Below, in pieces: positions 25,901 through 37,700 of a stretch of 64,000 nt of DNA. Both the position numbers and the translations under genes were made by a program. The DNA comes from Macrostomum lignano (Eukaryota), in NCBI GenBank assembly GCA_002269645.1, contig NIVC01003776.1, forward strand, positions 13,391 to 77,390. Reading direction: 5' to 3'. Position 1 is the stretch's first letter; each line of letters begins with the position of its first letter. The notes beneath the pieces were generated by a model. It was not told the origin of the DNA. It ran no database searches and saw only the letters and a list, made by a program, of their open reading frames with translations.

Positions 25901-28900
25901 CCCCAGCTGTCTACCATTCCCCTGCTGTCTACAATTCCCCAGCTGTCTACAATTCCCCAGCTGTCTACCATTCACCAGCCGAACTTTCCATCTATCTTCC
26001 CAGCTGCAGCCGAGTTGCATTTTAAATCCTATCCGTCTATCAGTTTTCTCTCACTGATCTCTATCTGTAATTTTTTGCCCGCTTTGCCGTCTCTTGTCTT
26101 CTCTGTGGTGCATATCTCATTGCTTTTATTTGCTCCAGGATTAATTTGCCTGCTCTAATTTTCTATTATTCAGATAAATACGAGCAGGGAATGATGATAC
26201 TTCCTGCGTTCACACTGGGTAAGTTACGATCTGAGTTACGTATTTCGGCGGTTTGAGCTGCTCTTACTTAAATTAATTTGTTTTAACCATTTCAGGTAAC
26301 TTCCCTTTAGCCGGGTGCCTTTCTTTGCATCCTGGTTATATGATAAAAACTGTGCTGAACAAAAAAGTGATGACATATAGAGATTGCGCTCAAGAGTGTG
26401 TCAGAAAGGATTTCTACGAGACTTACAAATACTTTGCCATTCAGAATATTAGGAAATGCTTGTGTGCAAAAAAAAATACCTACGTCTGGGCATGGCGTTT
26501 CTAAAGTAGATGATAAACTGTGTAAAAGTCATTGTCCTATAGGCTCAAACGAGTATTGCGGAAGTCAAGGGCTTACGGCGTTTTTCAAGCTAACCCTACG
26601 AAAGCCAGGCAAGTATTCGGTGGCATCGCCGCCTTTCATGATAATAATTTTGCCCAATCCAACTGCAGCACATTACTTAATTTAATAATTAAGCATTTAC
26701 TTAACTATCTGGTATCCATGCAGTAAATGCACCAGCTAATTCTCCCACGTGTCTACAATTCCCCAGTTGTCTACTCCTCCTCAGCTGAATACGATTCCCC
26801 AACTGTCTACAATTCCCCACTTGAGTACAATTCCCCAGTTAACTACAATTCCCTAGCTGTCTACAATTCCCCAGCTGACTACAATTCCCCAGCTAACTAC
26901 AATTCCCCAGCTAACTACAATTCCCCAGCTGACTACAATTCCCCTGCTAACTACAATTCCCCAGCTGACTACAATGTGGGCCAATTTCAATTACGAATTA
27001 TATACGACTGACTGCACATCAGAATATCAACTCATTTTGCACCCCTGTCCTATCCAGACTTATCCAGATTTGCAACTTCCGATATGGAATCTGCAGGTAA
27101 GACTTCAACTGCAGAGTTGATTTTAGACTTTTAAAACCATCAATTCATCATCTTTTTAATCAGTGTGTTTACTTGTCAGTTCAGCGTTTGACTTCTGCAG
27201 TTCCATTATGGCCCTTATATGTAGTTCTAATTTTAAAAAGTTGTAAGCGCAAGCTCTTAACGAATTTCGCTATTTTCCGCCGAGTACTGATCCACACTGC
27301 ATCGTCATTAGCTCAGAATATCAATTCACTTCAACCCCTCTGCCCCTCCAGGCGAGTCCAAAAGTGGTCTGCAAACTCCAGATCCGAGATCGCACAGCGT
27401 CACAGCAAATCCAAGTGAGCTCAGCTGCAGAGTTGTTTTTAACCTGGCTGCACTTTTCCCTCAGCATGTCAGAACAGTTCCCTCAGCATGTCAGAACAGT
27501 TCCCTCAGCATGTCAGAACAGTTCCCTCAGTAAGTCAGAACAGTTCCCTCAGCATGTCAGAACAGTTTCCTTAGCATATCAGAACAGTTCCCTCAGCATG
27601 CCACAACAATTCCCTCAGCATGTCAGAACAGTTCCCTCAGCATGCCAGAACAGTTCCCTCAGCAAGTCAGAACAGTTCTCTCAGCATGTCAGAACAGTTC
27701 CCTCAGCATGCCAGAACAGTTCCCTCAGCAAGTCAGAACAGTTCTCTCAGCATGTCAGAACAGTTCCCTCAGTATGTCAGAACAATTCCCTCAGCATGTC
27801 AGAAAAACTCCTATATTGATGTAATGCTTTTCATGCAACATTTGACCACTTTTCCCCAACGGTTGCAGGAGATCCCATAGGATGCTATTCAATATACCAA
27901 GGCTATCCGATGGCAAAGCTGGAACTAATCGAAAAAGAAAAAATGTCGCACCGCGTTTGCGCTTTCGAGTGTCGCAAGAAAAATGCCTTGAAGAAATTCA
28001 AATACTTTAGCCTCGCCTTCGGTGACAGCTGCCTGTGTGCATCGGAACTGCCCCACGACTCGTACAGGCTGAGTATCGAGAAAGATTGTTCGATCCGCTG
28101 CCCAGCAAGTCACATGGAGTCGTGCGGTGGAGAAAGTGGAGCGGCGTATTTTAGCCTGAGCACAATAACCAACTCGCCGAACATTGGTAAGCTGTTGGCA
28201 AATTCGATTGGAAACTGAGACTGCTGAAGGTCACTTGCCAATTCTTGATCTTCTTGCAATTTACCTTACGATTTCAGATAAATTCGAGCAGGGAGTGAAG
28301 GTCTATCCGGTTATTCCAGGTGAATTAAACTTGAAGCTTGTCAGTCGCATAATCTGTCTCATTACAATTAACTATTATAATCTTATGCGGATCTCATCCG
28401 CATGCACTTGTGCTCACTTGTTATTCATTTTCATTTTTAGCTTCAGATTCTCTGAAATGCTACGAAAATCGTCGTAAATTGACAAAGGTGTTGCAAAGCG
28501 ATGATGAGATGTCGCACCTTGTTTGCGCCTCCGAGTGTGTTAGGCGTGATCTCTACGGGAAAAAATTCAAATATTTCGCCATCACCGATTCCGACACTTG
28601 CTTCTGTGCATCGACATTACCCACTTCAACGGAGAAAACAAAAAATACCTTTTGTTCGTATCGGTGCCCAGGAAATCACAATCAGTCATGCGGGGCAGAC
28701 CACAAGATAGCGTATTTCAGCCTGAGCTCAACAACTGTTCCTCCAGAAAAAGGCAAGAATTTTGTCATATTACTGCCTGTGCATGAGCTGCTTCTGTTTC
28801 GAATGGAAACTGCTTTTCACAAACTACCAAAAGTTCCAAAGACGCTCTTCATATCCAGCTGTCTACAATTCCCCAGCTGTCTACAGTTCCCCAACTGTCT

Positions 28901-31810
28901 ACAGTTCCCCAGCTGTCTACAATTCCCCAGCTGTCTACAGTTCCCCAGCTGTCTACCATTCCCCAACTGTCTACAGTTCCCCAGCTGTCTGCCATTCCCC
29001 AACTGTCTACAGTTCCCCAGCTGTCTACCATTCCCCAGCTGTCTACAATTCCCCAGCTGTCTACAATTCCCCAGCTGTCTACAGTTCCCCCAGCTGTCTA
29101 CAATTCCCCAACTGTCTACAATTCCCCAGCTGTCTACAATTCCCCAGCTGTCTACAACTCCCCGGCAGTCTACCATTCCCCAACTGTCTACAGTTCCCCC
29201 AGCTGTCTACAATTCCCCAGCTGTCTACAATTCCCCAACTGTCTACAATTCCCCAGCTGTCTACAATTCCCCGGCAGTCTACCATTCCCCAACTGTCTAA
29301 AACTCCCCAGCTGTCTACAATTCCCCAACTGTCTACAATTCCCCAGCTGTCTACAATTCCCCAGCTGTCTACAATTCCCCAGCTGTCTACAGTTCCCCAG
29401 CTGTCTACAATTCCCCAGCTGTCTACAGCTCCCCCAGCTGTCTACAATTCCCCCAGCTGTCTACAATTTCCCTGCTGTCTACAATTCCCCAGCTGTCTAC
29501 AATTCCCCAGCTGTCTACAATTCCCCAGCTTTCTACAATTCCCCAGCTGTCTACAGTTCCCCAGCTGTCTACAACTCCCCAGCTGTCTACCCTTCCCCAA
29601 CTGTCTACAATTCCCCAGCTGTCTACAATTCCCCAGCTGTCTACAATTCCCCAGCTGTCTACCATTCCCCTGCTGTCTACAATTCCCCAGCTGTCTACCA
29701 TTCCCCTGCTGTCTACAATTCCCCAGCTGTCTACCATTCCCCAGCTGTCTACCATTCCCCTGCTGTCTACAATTCCCCGGCAGTCTACAATTCCCCAGCT
29801 GTCTACCATTCCCCTGCTGTCTACAATTCCCCAGCTGTCTACAATTCCCCAGCTGTCTACCATTCCCCTGCTGTCTACAATTCCCCAGCTGTCTACAATT
29901 CCCCAGCTGTCTACAATTCCCCAGCTGTCTACCATTCCCCAGCTGTCTACCATTCCCCTGCTGTCTACAATTCCCCAGCTGTCTACAATTCCCCAGCTGT
30001 CTACCATTCCCTTGCTGTCTACAATTCCCCAGCTGTCTACAATTCCCCAGCTGTCTCGATTCCCCAGCTGTCTACAATTCCCCTGCTGTCTACAGTTCCC
30101 CAGCTGTCTACAGTTCCCCAACTGTCTACAATTCCCCAGCTGTCTACAGTTCCCCAGCTGTCTACCATTCCCCAACTGTCTACCATTCCCCAACTGTCTA
30201 CCATTCCCCAGCTGTCTACAATTCCCCAACTGTCTACCATTCCCCAGCTGTCTACAATTCCCCAGCTGTCTACAATTCCCCAGCTGTCTACAATTCCCCA
30301 GCTGTCTACAATTCCCCAGCTGTCTACAATTCCCCAGCTGTCTACCATTCCCCTGCTGTCTACAATTCCCCAGCTGTCTACAATTCCCCAGCTGTCTACC
30401 ATTCACCAGCCGAACTTTCCATCTATCTTCCCAGCTGCAGCCGAGTTGCATTTTAAATCCTATCCGTCTATCAGTTTTCTCTCACTGATCTCTATCTGTA
30501 ATTTTTTGCCCGCTTTGCCGTCTCTTGTCTTCTCTGTGGTGCATATCTCATTGCTTTTATTTGCTCCAGGATTAATTTGCCTGCTCTAATTTTCTATTAT
30601 TCAGATAAATACGAGCAGGGAATGATGATACTTCCTGCGTTCACACTGGGTAAGTTACGATCTGAGTTACGTATTTCGGCGGTTTGAGCTGCTCTTACTT
30701 AAATTAATTTGTTTTAACCATTTCAGGTAACTTCCCTTTAGCCGGGTGCCTTTCTTTGCATCCTGGTTATATGATAAAAACTGTGCTGAACAAAAAAGTG
30801 ATGACATATAGAGATTGCGCTCAAGAGTGTGTCAGAAAGGATTTCTACGAGACTTACAAATACTTTGCCATTCAGAATATTAGGAAATGCTTGTGTGCAA
30901 AAAAAAATACCTACGTCTGGGCATGGCGTTTCTAAAGTAGATGATAAACTGTGTAAAAGTCATTGTCCTATAGGCTCAAACGAGTATTGCGGAAGTCAAG
31001 GGCTTACGGCGTTTTTCAAGCTAACCCTACGAAAGCCAGGCAAGTATTCGGTGGCATCGCCGCCTTTCATGATAATAATTTTGCCCAATCCAACTGCAGC
31101 ACATTACTTAATTTAATAATTAAGCATTTACTTAACTATCTGGTATCCATGCAGTAAATGCACCAGCTAATTCTCCCACGTGTCTACAATTCCCCAGTTG
31201 TCTACTCCTCCTCAGCTGAATACGATTCCCCAACTGTCTACAATTCCCCACTTGAGTACAATTCCCCAGTTAACTACAATTCCCTAGCTGTCTACAATTC
31301 CCCAGCTGACTACAATTCCCCAGCTGACTACAATTCCCCAGCTGTCTACAATTCCCCAGCTGTCTACAATTCCCTAATTGAGTAGAATTGAGTACAATGT
31401 CTACAATTCCCTAGCTGTCTACAATTCCCCACTTGAGTACAATTCCCAGCTGTCTACAATTCCCCCAGCTAACTACAATTCCCCCAGCTGTCTACAATTC
31501 CCCAGCTAACTACAATTCCCCCAGCTAACTACAATTCGCCCAGCTAACTACAATTCCCCAGTTAACTACAATTCCCCAGCTGACTACAATTCCCCCAGCT
31601 GTGTACAATTCCCTAATTGAGTAGAATTTCCCAGCTGACCACAATTGCCCAGCTGTCTACAGTTCCCCCAGATGTCTACAATTCCCCAGCTATCTACGAT
31701 GTCCCTAACAGTGCGCAAGTATGCACCCCACATTCCCTTGATGTCTACACTCATACTTAAACTGACTGTTAACATCCCATCGCCTTTCGTGACGAATTTC
31801 AGACAACTGA
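21463..31810 (+). CDS. Secreted multi-WSC-domain protein (signal peptide, acidic/Lys/Pro linker micro-exons, 6 WSC domains), ~870 aa if all exons are used
   Basis: Signal exon 21463-21541 (MLRTVLLLFCMSAAIYGALSC). Micro-exons 21626-21691, 21976-22044, 22605-22691, 23816-23884, 24134-24202, 24914-24955, 26174-26218, 27058-27096, 27352-27414, 28278-28319, 30605-30649. WSC exons 24495-24827, 25083-25388, 26296-26608, 27869-28186, 28447-28752, 30727-31039, each with the 8-Cys pattern (G)C..C..EC..YF(G/A/S)..C.C..C..(R/H)CP..CG. The last exon is uncertain (31803, D-N-stop). The A9 runs at 26468 and 30899 break the frame. Confidence 0.8.
21824..24100. repeat. 22-bp minisatellite family (cagttccctcagcatgtcagaa) in several WSC-gene introns
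   Basis: Arrays at ~21824-21945, 22183-22420, 23243-23775, 23910-24100, and again at 27457-27805; source of the MSEQFPQHVRTVPSACQ ORFs. Confidence 0.95.
22856..22931. repeat. (AG)n microsatellite
   Basis: Uninterrupted AG dinucleotide run of ~37 units. Confidence 0.97.
22946..31700. repeat. 18-bp minisatellite family (ttccccagctgtctacaa) in WSC-gene introns
   Basis: Separate arrays at ~22946-23242, 25490-25975, 26750-26975, 28855-30405, 31185-31700; translates as PQLSTI/SPAVYN/FPSCLQ. Confidence 0.95.
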
Positions 31811-32389
31811 CACAGCCGCTCCGAGGTTCAAGGGAACAGTCCGGTGCTGCACAGAATCAGTCGAGTAACCCATAGCGGACTGACAGTGTTTTATTTTGTA
31901 GCCATGCTTTTTAATTAACTACAAGGAGTTCTGTAAGCCAGCTAATATTTCAGTTCCTTATCTGTAGCCAGGGAATCGTTCCCAAACAGTCGCATGATAT
32001 TTATTATTGCTTATCTGAAAATTTCTGTCATTTTTGTTTGCAATCTGTCGTACACTTTACCCATAGCGCCAGTGATTTGACAGCGGAAGTCTGTATGTAC
32101 TTAGGAGCTAAAAGATTTAATTTATGCAGTGCGTTAAAACCCAGCTATTTGGCCTACCAATATTTAGTACTGTAGCTCCAGCCAATGGCCTCTTCAGAAC
32201 TCAAATTTCAAGCAAACAAGTATTTAAAAGCCCTTTTTCTTGCCTAGCTTAGTAGCCCTGTCGCTCTCTATTTTATATTTCATGCGGCATAATTAAAACC
32301 AATAAAATCTGCGAGCTCGTTCAACAGCTTCTCCAAGTAGTCCGTCTTACTGCCATGTCTGTTTAAATGCATTTCAGAAGCAATTGGTA

Positions 32390-32895
32390 GAGAACTGAAG
32401 ATGGAGACGGGAGGGTAGAGAACTGGAGATGGAGACGGGAGGGTAGAGAACTGGAGATGGAGACGGGAGGGTAGAGAACTCGAGATGGAGACGGGAGGGT
32501 AGAGAACTAGAGATGGAGACGGGAGGGTAGAGAACTGGAGATGGAGACGGGAGGGTAGAGAACTGGAGATGGAGACGGGAGGGTAGAGAACTGGAGATGG
32601 AGACGGGAGGGTAGAGAACTCGAGATGGAGACGGGAGGGTAGAGAACTAGAGATGGAGACGGGAGGGTAGAGAACTGGAGATGGAGACGGGAGGGTAGAG
32701 AACTCGAGATGGAGACGGGAGGGTAGAGAACTGGAGATGGAGACGGGAGGGTAGAGAACTGGAGATGGAGACGGGAGGGTAGAGAACTGGAGATGGAGAC
32801 GGGAGGGTAGAGAACTGGAGATGGAGACGGGAGGGTAGAGAACTGGAGATGGAGACGGGAGGGTAGAGAACTAGAGATGGAGACGGGAGGGTAGA
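32390..32895. repeat. 28-bp purine-rich minisatellite (atggagacgggagggtagagaactggag), ~18 copies
   Basis: Period 28 read directly (32401 vs 32429). Confidence 0.95.
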
Positions 32896-33495
32896 GGATG
32901 CTGAGTCGGGTCCGAGAGAAGGGGATTTAGGAAGGGCAATTACATCATCGCTGTCAGAGAAGTCCACCGACAAAAAAGCACCATCCGACATATGCAAGTG
33001 CGAATAGAAAATGGAAAAGCATTCCTGTCCGGGGCACGCTCAATACAATAGCTATAGTCGTATGATGCGAAGGTCAGGCGCGATGTTTGCAGCCGCGGCA
33101 TCCGCTGGACCATGGCGGACATTGCGTGCTCAGTTCAGCTGCATCATAAAGGCTCGACAGCTTACCGACTATGCGACAGATGCCGCTACCATCAAAGTCG
33201 ACAATTTGGCGGCGAATTCGACAGTATTTCGTATTTCCTGGGATTTGCAACTTGACAGCTAGCTACTAGGCCGGGATTAAGGTCGTTGCACTGAGTCAAC
33301 CCAGAGGGCTCATCTTTCCAAACTTTTGACACTGCAAACCCTTTTTTACGTCAACGTGTAACCGTGAGCCAGTCTACGTCGTGGACATCTCACATTGCAT
33401 GAAAAATGCTAGAAACACCCTGATGATTGTTTCATTTATTTTGATTATTTAGAGGTTAGGGGCTGTCAGGGACTACTCAATTGAGTAGTCCCTGA

Positions 33496-33830
33496 GGGCT
33501 GTGTGCACCCTGGCGCACTTTAAGCGACATTGTCACTTAACCGGCGAGAGGCATTACTGCCTATTCTGTCGACTACCCTGAGCAGGCACACAAACACGCG
33601 GATACGTACGCAGTCATACGCACAGGCACACAGTCACACAGGAGTGTACAGCGGCCCTAACTTTATTTATCACTGTGCCTTGGAGCTAGGTGACCCTTAA
33701 GCTGGGCGGTAATTATACGAGCAGAGCCAAGTCGAGATTCCTTGTTAGCCCCAACTCAATGTGACTGCACTTGGAATCGAGCCTGGGCCGCTGGCATATC
33801 AGAGCACTGCGCTAGCCATATGATACATGG
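33496..33830 (-). mobile_element. tRNA-derived SINE, family 1 (most complete copy)
   Basis: On the minus strand there is an A-box-like TGGCTAGCGCAGTG and a B-box GGCTCGATTCC (33783-33773). The body is shared with 40178-40500 and more loosely with 42540-42790 and 59480-59550. Confidence 0.7.
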
Positions 33831-34289
33831 CGTTTGTTTCTTTCTTTAAACTGTTTATTTCTTACAAAACGTGAGTCAAATAAATAGAATGTGTAGAAAT
33901 TAAGTGCAAAACAGCATAAATTCGAAATGAATTGCATTGATAGATACAGTGGAACGATATGTTCTTTTGATGGGTCTCGGGTCTATTTTGCTTGGCATGC
34001 GCTTTCGTTGTGGACACGATGCACTTTTTATTGTTAACGGAGACTCTCAAAAACTTTGTGAGGCATTGTTGCGTTGTCACTCAGGCACCTTGAGCGACAT
34101 TACATGGACTGGTACCCCAGTTTGCAAACAGCTGTACATTGTTTTTGATATTTTAGCTCGTATTATGATATAACAAACATTATAATGAACGCATCTAGTG
34201 AGAAATTGAGGAGTTCAAATATATGAAATCGTGCAGAAAATATTTTAGCTCCTACGAGTACAAAATTTACTCGGTTACTTTACATGGCT

Positions 34290-34595
34290 TACCCAGGTTT
34301 GTAGCCTAGTGGTTAGAGTCACGGACTCTCGACTGGAAGGTCGGGGGTTCGGTTCTGGATTCACCAGGAACAATTTGTGTCCTTGAGCAAGACATTTACT
34401 CTGCATTGCTTCAGTTCACCTAGTTGTAAAATGGGCACCAATATTGCTGGGGCTATTGATGGTGTGTGTGGCGACCCCACCCCCATTCCTTGCACTGAAC
34501 AGCCGTACGCAGCCTTCAGATGCGCCGTGCAATAGCAGCGGCTGAGCTGTCGGTTGCACATCTGCCCATTAGGGCAGGTTTAAGCAATTACTATT
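34290..34595 (+). mobile_element. tRNA-derived SINE with CORE-like central domain, family 2
   Basis: A box TAGCCTAGTGG (34302-34312), B-box-like GGTTCGGTTC (34346-34355), then TGTGTCCTTGAGCAAGACATTTACT...CTTCAGTTCACC...TGTAAAATGGG, resembling the MIR/CORE consensus recalled from memory. Ends in an AT-rich tail; a partial copy lies at ~39175-39225. Confidence 0.7.
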
Positions 34596-34738
34596 AAAAT
34601 TAAAAAAACTCTAGCGTCACACCTGTGACGACGTGATTGAGTACGAACTGTGCGCCGACCTGTCGCAGGTGCAAACGTCTGGTCGACTGCTGCTGGCTCT
34701 CCGGGCTCCGTTAACGTAGCCTCCAACCATGCCGCGAT

Positions 34739-37700
34739 CTAAATATCGATACTTCGCCCCGATCCCGCTGCCCCGTTCCGGTCGAGTGTCATGGAAGCGT
34801 AGGCCCTGACTGAGTTGCCCAGACCGCTATCGAGCGTCGTGTCAGCTGGGGTGGCATTGCCGCATCCGCCAGCGCTGTACAACGGAATCCTGGGCAAGGT
34901 GGTGCAGTGCTGCTGCTGACGATAGCCGCCCGGATGTCCGCAGTGCTGATGATAGCCCGCCTGCTGGTTGCCATGGTGCAGGCAGGTTGGCGGACCCTTG
35001 CCGATAGCATCAATTGGCGTCTGCATCGGCGTGTCCTCGTCGTTGCCAGCGTTGGCGCCAGCCGATCCGCTCATTCGAAGGCGTCGCGCCGCCGACATGA
35101 TGATCCGTCTGCGATATACTACTATGATTAGGCCGCTCAGTAGGGCTAGCAGCACTAGCAGGATTAGAATGATGATGATTACTTGGCTAGTGCTGAGGCA
35201 CATGCTGTATTTGCACACCGCGTCGGCTGAAAGATTATTCACACACTATTGTAATGCTCAACACATGCAGTTCGAAGTTTAACTAACTACGAGCTACGCT
35301 AGGCAGTGTCTATCTAGTACACTCTGCGCCCAGGGGGTTGACCCTCAAAGTCTAAATTCCTGTGGTCTCCTACGGAATGGAAGCCCAGACCCAATCGTCA
35401 ACCAGTTCACGATCTGCAGTAGGCATTCTTACAGATTTCCGACCGCTTCGCTTGATGCTTTGCGATGACTACCAAACGGATTTCTTCGTCAAGTTCTCTG
35501 ACACCAAAGTCGGGACTGCGTTTGGTCATTTTTTCCGGTTTGCAAGCAGTTTTCTGGAATCGGAAGTATGCGTGCATGTACACATGAGTATAGGCTATAG
35601 AGTCACGGATATATATATATATATATATATATGAGTCAGCCGCCATGGATAACCCCAGGACGGAACCAAACCACAGGTAGAACCCACCGGATCGCAGAAA
35701 ATCGACTCCGATTCCTGGCAAATCCGAACAGTGCACGCAAAGTACACGGTCGGCAAAGAGCCGCCCAGACGAAAAGCTGGAAAACTGCCTGTCTGCTGCA
35801 GATGCAAACCTGTGCCCTGGCGGGGACTTTGAAAGCTCGCATTGAAACCGGACTTTGGTACTGCGGATCTGCGATGGATGTTGGTGAGGTAGTGTTTTTA
35901 GGCTTCATCATGATTGGTAGGATACCACACTTAAGGCGCTCCTATGTTGGCTGCATGCTATAAAAAGAAATGACGCAGGCCACCGACTAACCATTTCTAA
36001 ATCTGCTTAACTTGCAGTAAACTTATTTGATATTTAGCACAAGCTCTTTAAAAATATGAATCGATTACATGAGCATCGAGTCTAGAAGTCCAAAAAATGA
36101 AAAAAGTTAATTAGTAGCCCTGGGGCGTCGCCATAGACAAATCCAAGAATTCTGCATTACTAAATTCCTGCATTATTTTTAAAACTGGTGTTGCTAGCAC
36201 TCATTTTAGCGCCGCAGACACTCATTTTGGCGCCACAGGCACTCATTTTAGCGCCACAGGCACCTACTTCTGGCGACGCAGGCACTCATTTTAGCGCCGC
36301 AGACACACTCATTTTGGCGCTGCAGGCACTCATTTTAGCGCCGCAGACAGACATTCATTTTGGCGCTGCAGGCACTCATTTTAGCGCCGCAGGCACACAC
36401 TCATTTTGGCGCCGCAGGCACTCATTTTAGCGCCGCAGACAGACACTCATTTTGGCGACGCAGGCACTCATTTTAGCGCCGCAGACAGACACTCATTTTG
36501 GCGACGCAGGCACTCATTTTAGCGCCGCAGACAGACACTCATTTTAGCGCCGCAGACAGACACTCATTTTAGCGCCGCAGACACTCATTTTGGCGCCACA
36601 GGCACTCATTTTAGCGCCACAGGCACCTACTTCTGGCGACGCAGGCACTCATTTTAGCGCCGCAGACACACTCATTTTGGCGCTGCAGGCACTCATTTTA
36701 GCGCCGCAGACAGACATTCATTTTGGCGCTGCAGGCACTCATTTTAGCGCCGCAGGCACACACTCATTTTGGCGCCGCAGGCACTCATTTTAGCGCCGCA
36801 GACAGACACTCATTTTGGCGACGCAGGCACTCATTTTAGCGCCGCAGACAGACACTCATTTTAGCGTCGCAGACAGACACTCATTTTGGCGCCGCGACAC
36901 ATTTTGGCGCCGCAGGCACTCATTTTAGCTATATTTTGGTGCCCTGAAGTAAAATTATTGATTTTTACAACGGGTCACAAGGTGGGGTAAGGGTGACAAA
37001 GCATTGGCATGTCCCCCCCATAGCTTTTACTGGGGGGGGGGCATGTCCCCCTGTCCCCCCAGGTGGCGAAGCAACTGTTAATAGCTTTTCTGTTCGAATA
37101 TTTCTGTATTTTCAAGTTGATCAAATTAGGGTTTACTGATTTCGAGCTATCTGTTTAACCATTCCCAGAAAATGTTCGACATGAGCTACGGTTTATAACG
37201 GTGGATTTTTGATAAAAAATATAATTGCTACGCTGAACTATAAATTGCAGACAATGGGATTACGAGAGCAAATCTACAGGGAGGAAAATTCTACGACAAA
37301 AGTAAGTATAAATAAATATATACACTGCAGTCCTGTAGGTAGCATTGGGCATTTTTCTGGCAATTTCCGTTGGCAAATAGACCGCGGGGTACTGCCTCAG
37401 CCCGCTCCTGGGGTACCTTCGTATTCTCCCGCTGCCAGAGCCCAGTGCAGCGAGATGCAGGAGCCCTACAGCCCTATGCTCAGCCAGCCGCATATGCTCA
37501 AGTTTCACCAGGCCCGCTTGCATAGGAGCTATAAAAAAACTAGCAAATTTGAACGTATCTAATGTGGTATTTTGCTCCGCAATCGAGCGGAATAGCTCTT
37601 AATGGGGGAATAGAATTTTTTTAGTAAAAAGACTTGACAAAATTGCTACAAAGCAACCATTTGGTTAAGTAGGGATATAATATCATCCAGGAATCTAATT

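Noticed and set aside
33770-34360. Genuine tRNA genes at the pol III boxes
   Set aside because: No complete cloverleaf or acceptor stem could be folded, and the boxes continue into dispersed SINE bodies.
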